Below, piece by piece: positions 8,741 to 19,182 of a stretch of DNA of 37,809 nt. A program made the position numbers and the translations under genes. The notes beneath the pieces were generated by a model, which did no database searches, had not been told where the DNA came from, and saw nothing but the letters and a program-made list of their open reading frames with translations. Source of the DNA: a virus (lineage: Duplodnaviria > Caudoviricetes); IMG/VR virus record IMGVR_UViG_3300020045_005319, positions 1 through 37,809 of that record, one strand, 5' to 3'. Within the stretch, counting starts at the first letter, position 1, and each line of letters starts with the position of its first letter.

Positions 8741-9858
8741 ATGTAGCTATCCCAAAATTTACAGTACTCTACAACAGTAAAAATATCACAGCCGATATTT
8801 CTAAACACATGCTATCGCTCACTTACAACGATAAGACAGAAGGCGAGAGTGACGAAATAGAAATTGAAGTTGAGGACGTGGATTTGAAGTGGCAAAATTC
8901 GTGGTATCCAGAAAAAGGCGCAAAACTAACCGTTACTATCGAATCATTGAAATGCGGTGTTTTTGAAATTGATGAAATACAGCTTTCTGGCCCACCTGAC
9001 GTGGTAACTATTCGAGGTATGGCAACTGGTATTGTAAACTCATTACGCACCAAAAAATCAGATGCTCACGAAAGCAAAACTTTAAAGCAAATTGCTGAAA
9101 AAGTAGCCTCAAAAAATAATCTTACAATTCAAGGAACTATTCCGGATATTACTTTTGGTAGAATTACTCAAAACAAAGAAACTGATCTAGCCTTTTTAAA
9201 GCGAATTTCTCAGGAGTACGGGGTTTTGTTTGCTGTGCGTGAGAATATCATCACATTCACGTCAATTTACGACGTGGAGAAGCGTAATACAAGTTTTTCA
9301 GTTGATAAATCTGGAATTTCAAGCTATTCGTTAAAAGATAAAGCCGATGGCATGATAAAAAACGCCTCGGTCAAATCAAAATCAGCAAAAAAGAATGAGC
9401 CAGTAACTGCAAATTTGGATTTTGAGAAATACAAACAGGAGCAAGGATATTCCAGCGATACACCAGTCAATCAAGATGAAGGCGTTACGCATACGAAAGC
9501 TGAAAACAAACAGCAAGCCGAAGCGAAAGCCAAGGCAATTATGCATTTATCGGCAGGAAATCAAATGGAGGGAAATATTGAAATGCAAGGAACGACCTTG
9601 GCAATTGCGGGCAATAACTTTCAACTAACTGGACTTGGAAAATTATCTGGTAAATATCATATAAAATCTAGTTCGCATAAAATTGACAAATCGAGCGGAT
9701 ACACAGTTGGTTTGGAAATTAAACGTTTGAATTTACCTGCCAAATCCGAGCAAATTACGAAGCCAAAAAAGAAACAACAATCAAATAATGTTGCGGTTCG
9801 AAATTTTAAATTTCCTGACAATAAATATCCTTACGGAAATCCAACAAAAATACAATAA
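8737..9858 (+). CDS. Baseplate hub protein (P2 gpD-like)
   Basis: SLTYNDKTEGESDEIEI, CGVFEIDEIQLSGPPD, QNKETDLAFLKRI. Confidence 0.92.
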   Translation: MNVAIPKFTVLYNSKNITADISKHMLSLTYNDKTEGESDEIEIEVEDVDLKWQNSWYPEKGAKLTVTIESLKCGVFEIDEIQLSGPPDVVTIRGMATGIVNSLRTKKSDAHESKTLKQIAEKVASKNNLTIQGTIPDITFGRITQNKETDLAFLKRISQEYGVLFAVRENIITFTSIYDVEKRNTSFSVDKSGISSYSLKDKADGMIKNASVKSKSAKKNEPVTANLDFEKYKQEQGYSSDTPVNQDEGVTHTKAENKQQAEAKAKAIMHLSAGNQMEGNIEMQGTTLAIAGNNFQLTGLGKLSGKYHIKSSSHKIDKSSGYTVGLEIKRLNLPAKSEQITKPKKKQQSNNVAVRNFKFPDNKYPYGNPTKIQ

Positions 9859-9876
9859 TTTATTTATCTTTGAAAA

Positions 9877-10491
9877 ATGCTAAGATTTGGAAATATAACC
9901 GAAGTTGACCCTGCTAAAGGTTATGCCCGTGTAACATTCACGGATGACGGCATTGTTTCAGACTGGCTGCAATTCGTCGTTATAGGAGCGATTAAAGACA
10001 ATTTCTCTCATACATTCTCGGTAAATGAGCAAGTCGCTTGTTTAATGGATGAAAATTCAGAAGAAGGCGTTATTTTAGGCGCAATTTTCAACGACAAAAC
10101 GCCTCCAAATAATGCGGGTGACGGTATTTTTAGAGTAAAATTCGATGATGATTCTGTTATTGAATATAATCGAAATTCACACGAATACAAGCTAGATATT
10201 AAAGGAAAAATTAACATTACAGCTCAAACTGAGGTTAATATAAACGCCGTGAATGCTAACATAACTGCGATTGCAATAGCGAAAATACAAGCCCCAGCGA
10301 TTCAATTAACGGGCGCAGTTGCAATTTCAGGAGCTTTAACCGTTGGAGGCACAATCACGGCTCCAGGCGGCGGTGCAATATCAGGAGATTTAAAAGCGAC
10401 AGGCGATGTTCAAGCAGGCGTTGTTTCGCTTAAAACACATAGACATACAAGTACAACGAACGGAAATCCAACGAGTACACCAATACCATAA
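9877..10491 (+). CDS. Baseplate spike (P2 gpV-like)
   Basis: LRFGNITEVD..ARV..SDWL, EGVILGAI, C-terminal iron-binding HxH (SLKTHRH). Confidence 0.93.
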   Translation: MLRFGNITEVDPAKGYARVTFTDDGIVSDWLQFVVIGAIKDNFSHTFSVNEQVACLMDENSEEGVILGAIFNDKTPPNNAGDGIFRVKFDDDSVIEYNRNSHEYKLDIKGKINITAQTEVNINAVNANITAIAIAKIQAPAIQLTGAVAISGALTVGGTITAPGGGAISGDLKATGDVQAGVVSLKTHRHTSTTNGNPTSTPIP

Positions 10492-10925
10492 TGGCTACGA
10501 AATTAGAAGATATAAAAGCGACCAACTGGCAACTATCTAATCAAATGATTGGGCAAGTTGTTGAAGGTATTGACGATATTCGCCAATGTATTGGAACTAT
10601 TTTGACGACAACCAAAGGAAGCGATCCGATGCGTTTATTGTTCGGTTCCGATATTTGGCAATTTATAGATAATCCTGTAAATACAGCCGTGGCCAATATT
10701 TCTGCTGAAATAATTGATTCAATCGGTAAATGGGAACCAAGGGTGAGGATAAAAGAATTGACGTACAATATAACAGGAAGTAAAATTGATTTCGAATTGA
10801 CTGCAGAATTATTAGAAAGCGGAGAAATCACGCAAATTTTATTTTTCATCGATAGACAAAAACAAATTGATCCTTCGGTTATGGGGCGTGCATTTAGTAG
10901 TGGGTTTGATTTCGGATTTTCTTAA
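10491..10925 (+). CDS. Baseplate wedge/sheath initiator (gpW/gp25-like)
   Basis: DIRQCIGTILTTTKGSDPMR..FGS...WEPRV. Confidence 0.92.
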   Translation: MATKLEDIKATNWQLSNQMIGQVVEGIDDIRQCIGTILTTTKGSDPMRLLFGSDIWQFIDNPVNTAVANISAEIIDSIGKWEPRVRIKELTYNITGSKIDFELTAELLESGEITQILFFIDRQKQIDPSVMGRAFSSGFDFGFS

Positions 10926-10935
10926 ATTTTAAAAA

Positions 10936-11412
10936 ATGAGTACACTAACGGAGAGACAGAATTTAATAAATGCATTAATAGACAATAATACGGGTCTCAT
11001 AAAACCTAAAATGGTGCGTGAGGCTTTGACAGCTTTAAACCTAGCTATTGTCGTAACCGAACCTTCTGGAGTTACAGCGGTTTTGCCATTATTATACGAT
11101 AATTTCACAAATCAATTTTCAATCAGTCCGGCTACGGAATTACAGGACGGTTACCTGAAAAAAGAGGATTGGATAAAATTTAACACCTCCTCTACTGCGC
11201 CACAAGCAGATAAAATAACAATCAAGCACAAAGGTTGGTTTAATAGCGTAAAAAACACAGGTGAAAATATCGAACTTGGTGACATTTGCGAAGGTTGGAA
11301 TGCTGACTATACTGAATTTATGGAAGCGGGAAGATATATTATCTTAGCGGGCGACCAAGATACAGCTAACTATGAAATATTGTCATCTTACGGAGTGGCT
11401 TTAATTCCGTAA
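10936..11412 (+). CDS. Hypothetical structural/fibre-associated protein
   Basis: ATELQDGYLKKEDWIKFN resembles spacer motifs of phage fibres; lies in the tail region. Confidence 0.5.
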   Translation: MSTLTERQNLINALIDNNTGLIKPKMVREALTALNLAIVVTEPSGVTAVLPLLYDNFTNQFSISPATELQDGYLKKEDWIKFNTSSTAPQADKITIKHKGWFNSVKNTGENIELGDICEGWNADYTEFMEAGRYIILAGDQDTANYEILSSYGVALIP

Positions 11413-11450
11413 TTTTAAAAAAAAATTAAAAACCCGAATTAATTTATATT

Positions 11451-14159
11451 ATGAAAAAACTTATTTTATTTTTAACCTTATTATTTGTAGGCATTTCGGC
11501 AAATGCTCAATATACACCTTCAAATAGCCTGAATTATATAAAACTTCTAAAAGTGCCGCCTGTTGGTTCAGTAGAAGATAGCGTATTGGTTTTCGATGGG
11601 TCGGATTCGTTTGTAAAAATGCGTCCTTCTTCTGAGTTAATCACAAAAGCAACGCCTACAAAATCAGGGGTTGTGAAAACTAATGCGTTAGAAGCTGATC
11701 CTGTTGTTTACACTAAAACATCAGTTGATAATGCATTGAAATTAAAATCATATTTATCAACTGGCTTATTAAAAAACGGATTGGTTCAAACTAACGCAGA
11801 TCCTACAAAATTTAATATTACATCGGGAATAGGTATTATTTCAAATTTCGACGACCCAGAAAATCCAACAAGTGTTGTCGTTAATTTTCCAGCGTTTACA
11901 GGAATCACTCCAGCCTATTTAACTACATCAAATATTACTTATATAGCTATAAATAGTACGCCTTCAGTTGTAATGCAAGCAAGTCCATTTACGTCAGAAC
12001 AACGTAGGGATTTAATTATTTTAGGAGCTGCTATTCATTCAGATTTAACCACTATTAATTTAGTAAATAATATTTCTGCTCCGACAAATGCAGAAACAAA
12101 TCAGCTTCACGACCTAATGGAAGTGATTGGAGCTTTGAATGTTTCTGGAAATAAATATTCAGCAAACGGAGTAAATTTATCGTTAAATAAAAGCGCAGGA
12201 GAGATATTTAAGTTAGGAGTTAATTTTGCAAATGACTGGAAACACCCTCATGATTTAGATATTGCAGGTCAAACATTATTATCTTTTAGATATAGAACGC
12301 AAAACGGTACTGAAGGAAGTGACGTTACGGTTTTAAATCCAGCCGTTTATGATTTAGCAAATGTGCTTACCGCCGTCCCTTCAAATAGGTTTACAATACA
12401 AACAGTTACTCTATTTCAAACAGGGCAGACTAGAATTCAATACGGACAAAATACATACGCTACGCTTTCAGAAGCGGAAGCGGCTATTTTAACAAGGTCT
12501 TATATTGCCGAGAGCAATATTGCCACAAATGGAATAACAAGAGCGTATATTATTGTTAGAAATAACGCTACAGACTTGACAAACGCAACTACTTCTAAAA
12601 TAATAGAAGCTCAGAAATTTGGAGGCGTTACTTCTGGAGGCGTTGCTTTGACTTATGCTAATATAGTGGCTGCTTTAGGTTATACACCTGAAAATGCAGC
12701 TAATAAAGCAACAGATTTTACTGTCATAAATGATGTAAAATATCCAAGCACACAGGCGGTAAAAAATGAATTAAAAACAAATTCAATTACAAATAATAGT
12801 AGTGTTATAGGAGTTACAACAACAGACGCTTTAAATAATTTAGACGCAGCCATGGTTCATAAAACAGGTTCTCTATCTGAAAGTATTACTGGGGCTAAAA
12901 CTATTACAAACTCTACGTATGTAAGGACTAATTATTTCGATTTTATAAATAATTTTAACTCAGGGTCAAATAATAGAACAGTAGATAATTCACCGTTAAG
13001 CATTCAAAACAATTTTGGAGGAATAGGTTTTCATTTTGACAATCAATCTACAGGATGGGGAGGGTACGGATTTAATCAATCTAGCGGTGTTTTAATAGGC
13101 CTTGACGCTACTACTTCATCAACTGGAGACCTATTAAGATTTTCAAAAAACGAAGTTACGACTGCAGGTATAAAACACGATGGTAGTTTATATACTACTT
13201 TTGGAAAATTCGGAACATCTGCAAATGTAACAGCTCCGCAAATAACAGTTACAAATGGTTCAAACCCATCGGTTATAGAGTTTCCAAAAACAGGCTTTAC
13301 AATGGTTGGTACTGTTGGGGCTTTAGGCAGTTATGAAATGAATATGAGTACCAATATGGACTATACGACAAGCCCAGGCACTCACAGATTTTATGACAAT
13401 ACTAAAGACGCTACATGGTTAGCTATTGGCGATTCTTTTTGGCAAATGCAATACGCCCCAGCTTCGGTTGCTGCGGGTGACGTTTGGAATATTGCAGGAC
13501 AGCCAAGACCTTTGTACCAAAGAACTGATACGGGGTTAATGCGGGTAAACACAACAGTAGCGCTTAGTGGTGTAGGGACTATCGGGGACGCTATGTTTGC
13601 GGTTAGAAGATCAGCGGGATTTGCAAGTATAGCGGGAGAGAATGATTTGTCTTTAGAGGGTGCAAAAACTAAAGGTGTAGCTGCTACTATTTACTTGAAT
13701 ACTTATAGTACAGGAAATGTCTCTTTAGTTGCAGGAGGGGGTAAGGTAATAGTAGGCACTACCCCGGCGACAAGTTCTGGAACTTATGACGTTTTAACAA
13801 GAAACACAAGCACTGGCGAGGTGGAAAAAGCGGCAAGCTCGGCGCTAAAAAATTATAAGACCTATACAGCTTTACTATCCCAAACAGGCACAAACGCACC
13901 AACGGCCATCGTTTTAGAAAACACTTTAGGAGGAACGGTAGTTTGGACAAGATCGCTAATAGGTAACTACGTAGGTACATTATCAGGAGCTTTTACCACA
14001 AATAAAACGGCTGTCCTGCATGGTAATGGGACTACAAATACCATAGTATCGTCTATTGTCAGTAGTGTTAACTCCGTAGGAATAGTGACCACAACAGCGG
14101 GGGCAGGGGCGGACGGACTACTATCGAATACCACTTTAGAGATACGAGTATATCCATAA
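11451..14159 (+). CDS. Large tail-fibre-like Thr/Gly/Ser-rich protein with an N-terminal Sec signal peptide
   Basis: MKKLILFLTLLFVGISANA|Q signal; fibre-type motifs KATPTKSGVVK and LGYTPENAANK..YPSTQAV. Confidence 0.6.
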   Translation: MKKLILFLTLLFVGISANAQYTPSNSLNYIKLLKVPPVGSVEDSVLVFDGSDSFVKMRPSSELITKATPTKSGVVKTNALEADPVVYTKTSVDNALKLKSYLSTGLLKNGLVQTNADPTKFNITSGIGIISNFDDPENPTSVVVNFPAFTGITPAYLTTSNITYIAINSTPSVVMQASPFTSEQRRDLIILGAAIHSDLTTINLVNNISAPTNAETNQLHDLMEVIGALNVSGNKYSANGVNLSLNKSAGEIFKLGVNFANDWKHPHDLDIAGQTLLSFRYRTQNGTEGSDVTVLNPAVYDLANVLTAVPSNRFTIQTVTLFQTGQTRIQYGQNTYATLSEAEAAILTRSYIAESNIATNGITRAYIIVRNNATDLTNATTSKIIEAQKFGGVTSGGVALTYANIVAALGYTPENAANKATDFTVINDVKYPSTQAVKNELKTNSITNNSSVIGVTTTDALNNLDAAMVHKTGSLSESITGAKTITNSTYVRTNYFDFINNFNSGSNNRTVDNSPLSIQNNFGGIGFHFDNQSTGWGGYGFNQSSGVLIGLDATTSSTGDLLRFSKNEVTTAGIKHDGSLYTTFGKFGTSANVTAPQITVTNGSNPSVIEFPKTGFTMVGTVGALGSYEMNMSTNMDYTTSPGTHRFYDNTKDATWLAIGDSFWQMQYAPASVAAGDVWNIAGQPRPLYQRTDTGLMRVNTTVALSGVGTIGDAMFAVRRSAGFASIAGENDLSLEGAKTKGVAATIYLNTYSTGNVSLVAGGGKVIVGTTPATSSGTYDVLTRNTSTGEVEKAASSALKNYKTYTALLSQTGTNAPTAIVLENTLGGTVVWTRSLIGNYVGTLSGAFTTNKTAVLHGNGTTNTIVSSIVSSVNSVGIVTTTAGAGADGLLSNTTLEIRVYP

Positions 14160-14182
14160 TTAATAATTAAACACAAATAAAC

Positions 14183-14389
14183 ATGAAAGATTGGAAAACA
14201 ACATTGGCGGGATTTCTTCCCGGAATTTTATTAGCCGGAAATGCTTTATTGGAGGCGTACGCAAATGGTTTTTTTGACGGAAAGACAGGAAAGCAGTTAT
14301 TGGTAGCGGTGGCGTTATTTTTAATTGGGTATTTTGCTTCGGACAAAAAACAAAAAATAGTAGGCGGACGTCCAGATGACAGAAAATAA
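14183..14389 (+). CDS. Holin-like small membrane protein (2 TM)
   Basis: MKDWKTTLAG start, two hydrophobic segments, basic C-terminus. Confidence 0.6.
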   Translation: MKDWKTTLAGFLPGILLAGNALLEAYANGFFDGKTGKQLLVAVALFLIGYFASDKKQKIVGGRPDDRK

Positions 14390-14693
14390 AATATTATGGG
14401 TGGCTACGATAATATCGATAGCCACCTATCAATTTTGGGGGTATTTACCAATAGGCAGTTTTTATATCGGAATGTCTTTATTTGTGCTACTACTTTCTTT
14501 AGTAATTTTTTACCAAAATCCTAAATTATTCATTTCTTTTTTCTTACTTTGTATCGCCTTCAATAATTTACTTGATGAATTGTTTTTTGACCCAAAATCG
14601 AACGGCATAAATGAGATAATCATAGTTTTAATTTTGCCAATAATATGGTACTTAAAAATAAAAAATAATGCCAGAAAGAATCGTAAACAATGA
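14376..14693 (+). CDS. Small multi-pass membrane protein
   Basis: About four hydrophobic segments in 105 aa, basic C-terminal tail. Confidence 0.65.
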   Translation: MTENKILWVATIISIATYQFWGYLPIGSFYIGMSLFVLLLSLVIFYQNPKLFISFFLLCIAFNNLLDELFFDPKSNGINEIIIVLILPIIWYLKIKNNARKNRKQ

Positions 14694-15027
14694 ATTTTAT
14701 ATTTTTTTGACTAAAATAATATTTCCCGCATTTTTAGCAGTGGGTATTAAAATAGCGATTGAAATGAAAAAAAATAAAACTAGAGTAAGTTTTTTTAATA
14801 TTTTTTTATCGATGCTTATAGGCGTTGGTAGTGCTTGGTTATCTAGCGATATTGTATTAAACAATTGCGATGTTGATAATGTGCCAATAGTTATTGCTCT
14901 TATTGCTATAACTTCCGAAAAAATAGGAGAATTTTTGATATATAAATTAAATGTAGATTTATTCTTGACGGCTGTATTTGATGGTTTTTTTGAATACTTG
15001 AGCAACATTTTTAAAATAAAAAAATAA
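14668..15027 (+). CDS. Holin-like membrane protein (~3 TM)
   Basis: Three hydrophobic segments, basic loop KKNKTR; coupled to gpJ by TAATG. Confidence 0.55.
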   Translation: MPERIVNNEFYIFLTKIIFPAFLAVGIKIAIEMKKNKTRVSFFNIFLSMLIGVGSAWLSSDIVLNNCDVDNVPIVIALIAITSEKIGEFLIYKLNVDLFLTAVFDGFFEYLSNIFKIKK

Positions 15028-16133
15028 TGGCATTACCAATACCTAATTTTATAAACAGAGACGCTACAACGATTGTTAACGAAATGGTCGCTGATTACGA
15101 GTTGAGAACTGGCAGAACTTTAGAACCTGCTCAAGTCGAAACGCTTTTAATTAATGCCTTTGCATACCGTGAATTATTGCTTAGGAATCAGATACAGGAC
15201 GCTTCTTTACAAAACCTTGTTGACTATGCTAGATTTCCAATGCTGGATAATTTAGGGGTTTTGGTTGGAGTGGTTAGGTTGCCTGCTGCATTGGCTCAAA
15301 CAAATTTGTTGCTGACTCTTGTTAGCGGTCATGGAGACGTTGTTATTACTGCTGGATTACGTGTGAATTCAACAGACGGAAGAGCAGTTTTTGAGCTTGT
15401 GGAAGATACTCAAGTGTTGACAGGAATTGATACCGTTTCGGCTACGTTCATAGCTCAAACAGCAGGAAAAGCCTCTAATGATTATGCGATTGGCACGATA
15501 TCTGTCATTTTAGACCCGCAGCCATATTTGGCAACGGCTTCGAATACTTCAGTTACTGCTGGCGGTTCAGACGAAGAAACAGACGAACAATTACGTGACC
15601 GCATTAAACTAGCTCCAAGTGCATTTTCAAATGCTGGGAGTTACAAGGCGTATGAGTTTTGGACAAAATCAACTTCTCCATTAATTATTGATGTAGCAGT
15701 TACAAATCCTATTCCTGGAACTGTTGAAATTTTTCCGTTAATGGCAAATTTAGCAACCACGCCAACTGAAATACTGGAGGCCGTGGACGCTGTTCTGAAC
15801 GCTGATAGAATTAGGCCATTGACAGATACTGTTGTAGTGACTTCGCCAACGGCTGTAAATACTGCAATAACTGTTGGATTGATTTTGTACGACGGAGCTG
15901 TTCAGGGTGATATTTTGCCAGTAGTAATAAGTAATTTAGAAGCATTTCGTGATGGAAGAAGAAAATTATTAGGACAAGATGTTGTTATCGATCAAATCAA
16001 AGCATTATGCATAATTGACGGTGTTTACAAGGCAAATGTTACCGTGCCTGCAACTGATTTGGTGATAACTGAAACTCAATTTGCAAACATAACAAGTATT
16101 AACGTTACTGTAACAGGTACTAATATAGGATAA
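15027..16133 (+). CDS. Baseplate wedge protein J (gpJ/gp47-like)
   Basis: LDNLGVLVGVVRL, GGSDEETDEQLRDRI, SNAGSYKAYEFW, IRPLTDTV. Confidence 0.95.
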   Translation: MALPIPNFINRDATTIVNEMVADYELRTGRTLEPAQVETLLINAFAYRELLLRNQIQDASLQNLVDYARFPMLDNLGVLVGVVRLPAALAQTNLLLTLVSGHGDVVITAGLRVNSTDGRAVFELVEDTQVLTGIDTVSATFIAQTAGKASNDYAIGTISVILDPQPYLATASNTSVTAGGSDEETDEQLRDRIKLAPSAFSNAGSYKAYEFWTKSTSPLIIDVAVTNPIPGTVEIFPLMANLATTPTEILEAVDAVLNADRIRPLTDTVVVTSPTAVNTAITVGLILYDGAVQGDILPVVISNLEAFRDGRRKLLGQDVVIDQIKALCIIDGVYKANVTVPATDLVITETQFANITSINVTVTGTNIG

Positions 16134-16134
16134 T

Positions 16135-16218
16135 ATGAAAGATATGGAAGATGGCACTTTTGTCGACAAAGATGCAGAATGGGAAGAAATACTTGCTAAT
16201 GGCGGTACGCGTAGATAA
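16135..16218 (+). CDS. 27-aa hypothetical peptide (MKDMEDGTFVDKDAEWEEILANGGTRR)
   Basis: Exactly fills the gpJ-gpI gap; starts 1 nt after the gpJ stop and its stop overlaps the gpI ATG. Confidence 0.5.
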   Translation: MKDMEDGTFVDKDAEWEEILANGGTRR

Positions 16219-16889
16219 TGAGCCAAACTAACGAAAATATTTTAGCCGATTCAATTGCAGGTGTTCCACATTTAGCAGCGTTCGACGCAATGGTTGCATC
16301 ACGCATGAATTCAATTGAATTAGAGGCTCTTTTGGTTTATGTTATTGATAGCGTTTCCGCTTCGGCATTACCTACATTAGCACGTCAATTTGATGTTGAA
16401 AAATATATAGGCTATGGAGTAGCTACAAACGACGCGCAACGCAGAGAAATCATAAAGAGAGCTATAGAACTAAAAAGATACATGGGTACCGTTTATGCTA
16501 TTCGAGAAGCAATGCGTATTTGTGGCTACACAGATGCTATTTTGAACGAAGGTATTGATACGGGTAATCCGTTAATTGATTGGGCCCGTTTCGCTATTGA
16601 ATCGGAATTGGGTGATACGGTTGGACTAGACGGAATTTCGCAATCAAAATTAGCTAAAATGATTCGTGAATATAAAAATGTTCGCTCATACCTTGAAGGA
16701 ATTTCATATACAATTGGTATCTTTGACACTTTAGGGCAATTATTTGATGAATTGAATATAATTTACGATTCGCCTACAATGGAAGAGGATTTAGGTCATA
16801 AATCATTTTTATATAACGGCGCTTATAATTATGACGGTTCACAAAAATACATTGAATCAAACGATACATTAATTATTAATATAGCATAA
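16218..16889 (+). CDS. Baseplate/tail protein I (P2 gpI-like)
   Basis: LPTLARQFDV, RREIIKRAIELKRYMGTVYAIREA, EYKNVRSYL. Confidence 0.9.
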   Translation: MSQTNENILADSIAGVPHLAAFDAMVASRMNSIELEALLVYVIDSVSASALPTLARQFDVEKYIGYGVATNDAQRREIIKRAIELKRYMGTVYAIREAMRICGYTDAILNEGIDTGNPLIDWARFAIESELGDTVGLDGISQSKLAKMIREYKNVRSYLEGISYTIGIFDTLGQLFDELNIIYDSPTMEEDLGHKSFLYNGAYNYDGSQKYIESNDTLIINIA

Positions 16890-16892
16890 TCT

Positions 16893-17327
16893 ATGGAAAA
16901 ATTACAGATAAAAGGCGTTTTCTATCTCGAAAAAATTTGCGCCAAAACAGGCAAAATTTTAGAGGTTTACACCGACAACAATTTAGTCGTGAACGGTGGA
17001 CGCACAGCAGTTACCAACTTGTTAGGAGCTGGAACATCTGGAAAACAGTTGACTAAAATTTCATTCGGAACGAACGGAACCGCGCCAGCAGGAGGCGATA
17101 CGGCAATAACAGGGGCGTTTACTAAAGCACTTGGAGCGGTAACATATCCAACTATTTCAAGCGTTAGATTTGCGTGGACTTTGGGGGCCTCAGAAGGCAA
17201 CGGACTGGGTATTCGTGAAGTTGGATTATTGTGTACCGATAATACTCTTTTTGCTCGCAAAACACGTGCCTTAATCGATAAGAATTCAGACATTATTTTG
17301 AACGGAAGTTGGACAATATCATTTTAA
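16893..17327 (+). CDS. Tail fibre attachment/collar protein
   Basis: NLVVNGGR, FGTNGT, IREVGL..LFARK..K...W motif; follows gpI. Confidence 0.7.
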   Translation: MEKLQIKGVFYLEKICAKTGKILEVYTDNNLVVNGGRTAVTNLLGAGTSGKQLTKISFGTNGTAPAGGDTAITGAFTKALGAVTYPTISSVRFAWTLGASEGNGLGIREVGLLCTDNTLFARKTRALIDKNSDIILNGSWTISF

Positions 17328-17331
17328 AAAC

Positions 17332-17811
17332 ATGGCAAACTTAACAGAATTATCACAATGGGAAAGCGGAATTTATCAGTTAGAAACTACAGATCCTGTA
17401 GAGGCGGGCGCAGGAGGTATTTCAAATGAGCAGGCTAGACTATTGGCGAATAGGACTAGTTGGCTATATAAATTCATTCCTAAAAATAGAGGTTTGATAT
17501 CTGGTGTTAATGTGGGAAGCGGGTCCGTAGGAGCTGCCTATGCAAAAAGTGGCGATATAGTTTCAGCAACAAAAACGGCAAATTTAGGAGTCGGAGATGT
17601 GATAAGAATAGTTTTGTCAAACACAATGTCAAGCACTAATTACAAAGTGATTGTGTCTGTAGAGAGCGTAGGAACTCTTTCGGACGACAACGAGATAAAA
17701 CAACCTATCTGGAAAAAAGTAAGCGAAAACACTTTCGATTTCTTCATAGAAGAATTGGCAAGCGTGTCTCAAAATTTAACTATTCATTTTGATGTAATTT
17801 CATTAGACTAA
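17332..17811 (+). CDS. Short tail fibre protein
   Basis: [35 protein letters not shown] is a typical fibre N-terminal anchor. Confidence 0.75.
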   Translation: MANLTELSQWESGIYQLETTDPVEAGAGGISNEQARLLANRTSWLYKFIPKNRGLISGVNVGSGSVGAAYAKSGDIVSATKTANLGVGDVIRIVLSNTMSSTNYKVIVSVESVGTLSDDNEIKQPIWKKVSENTFDFFIEELASVSQNLTIHFDVISLD

Positions 17812-17821
17812 AAAATTAAGT

Positions 17822-18277
17822 ATGATAACAACGGCTCAAATAATTAAAAAGTACGGGAATCCAGACCCAGAAGGAAAATATCTTGAAATGATAGATTTAC
17901 CTTATCCAATGATTTATGATGGGAAACAAGTTCTAAGAATGCGTTGCCATAAATTAGTTTCAGAAAAATTTAAAACTATTTTTTCTGAAATACTGAAAAC
18001 ATACGGAATAGAAAAAATTAAATCACTTGGAATAGATAAATTTGGGGGTTGTTTTAATTTTCGTGTTATGCGTGGCGGTTCTGAATATAGCCGTCATAGC
18101 TGGGGTATTGCAATTGATTTAGACCCTGAAAGAAATCAATTAAAAGAAACGTCTAAAACGGCAAGATTTGCACGTCCAGAATATAAAAAGATGATTGATA
18201 TTTTTTACAAACATGGATTTGTTTCTTTAGGTCGTGAAAAAAATTATGATTGGATGCACTTCGAAATCGCAGAATAA
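17822..18277 (+). CDS. Endolysin, M15-family Zn peptidase
   Basis: [19 protein letters not shown] and DWMHFE zinc-ligand motifs. Confidence 0.9.
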   Translation: MITTAQIIKKYGNPDPEGKYLEMIDLPYPMIYDGKQVLRMRCHKLVSEKFKTIFSEILKTYGIEKIKSLGIDKFGGCFNFRVMRGGSEYSRHSWGIAIDLDPERNQLKETSKTARFARPEYKKMIDIFYKHGFVSLGREKNYDWMHFEIAE

Positions 18278-18366
18278 TATAATCTTGGGAGTAGCCACCA
18301 AATAAAAAACGTGAGGTGCTTATATTCAAAAACCTATAATTAATTTTATCGGTTTTTTTTATACGC

Positions 18367-18391
18367 AAAAAACACGCCCGAAAGCGTGTTT
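18367..18391 (-). terminator. Terminator hairpin for the leftward operon
   Basis: A-tract then AAACACGC-CCGAAA-GCGTGTTT, between convergent operons. Confidence 0.65.
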
Positions 18392-18414
18392 AATTACATA
18401 ATCAAAAAAATATC

Positions 18415-18446
18415 AAAAACCTATCGATTGTAAAGATAGGTTTTTT
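18415..18446. terminator. Bidirectional terminator between convergent operons
   Basis: AAAAACCTATC-loop-GATAGGTTTTTT. Confidence 0.75.
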
Positions 18447-18471
18447 ATTTTATAATTAATATTTTTTATTT

Positions 18472-19182
18472 TTAAAAATCGTCATCGTCGTCGATAATTT
18501 CTGTGACAGGAGTTTCGGAAACTACTTCTGTATCAGTTTCGAATACCTCTGAAAACGTTTCGTAAACAATCGGCTCGTTTACTACGGTGTTGTTGATTTT
18601 TTCTACAGCTGAATTGCTTGTAGGCTCAACATAACCAATGTCAATGATTTCATCAGAGGTTTGAACACCTGCCAGTACTTCGGGACAGAACACTCTACAA
18701 AAAAAAGTTGCTGCGCGGTACATAAGCATCTGTTCCGGCATTGTTTTCCATTTAGAGCCGTTTTTATCAAGCCATCCTTCGGCTTTAGCCATCACTACAG
18801 TAACCATGGTTCCTCTTAATTGCTTTCCGTTTGATTTTCTTGTAGCTATTGCGTAACAAGATTCTCTATCTTCTGAAAACACAAATTCCAAAGCATCTTC
18901 AAAAAATCCCGACGCATTTACTTTATTGATTACATATTCTGATTTCCAACCTACGTTTCCTTTGACAATTTGCATGTTTTGCATAACTTCCAATACAGAA
19001 ATTTTAACTCGGTGTGACATTTCCATTGCTACCATGCAATTTGCCGCGCTACCTCGGTAGATTTCTGGAACCATGGTTGATTGCATTAACGGCACAACCA
19101 TTCTTTGTGCCTGTTGAAAAGCGTCCATACTATTAAATACAGAAACTCCCTGTGACTCGTTTAATACTGCTATTTCATTCAT
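18472..19182 (-). CDS. Single-strand annealing recombinase (RecT-like)
   Basis: STMVPEIYRG..NC..A...MQNM.IVKG, MAKAEGW..K..SKWKTMPEQMLMYRAA.F.R..CPEVL.G; in an operon with exonuclease and SSB. Confidence 0.8.
   Translation of the reverse strand: MNEIAVLNESQGVSVFNSMDAFQQAQRMVVPLMQSTMVPEIYRGSAANCMVAMEMSHRVKISVLEVMQNMQIVKGNVGWKSEYVINKVNASGFFEDALEFVFSEDRESCYAIATRKSNGKQLRGTMVTVVMAKAEGWLDKNGSKWKTMPEQMLMYRAATFFCRVFCPEVLAGVQTSDEIIDIGYVEPTSNSAVEKINNTVVNEPIVYETFSEVFETDTEVVSETPVTEIIDDDDDF

Noticed and set aside
1-18277. Tailocin or extracellular contractile injection system
   Set aside because: Capsid, decoration and replication genes show it is a phage
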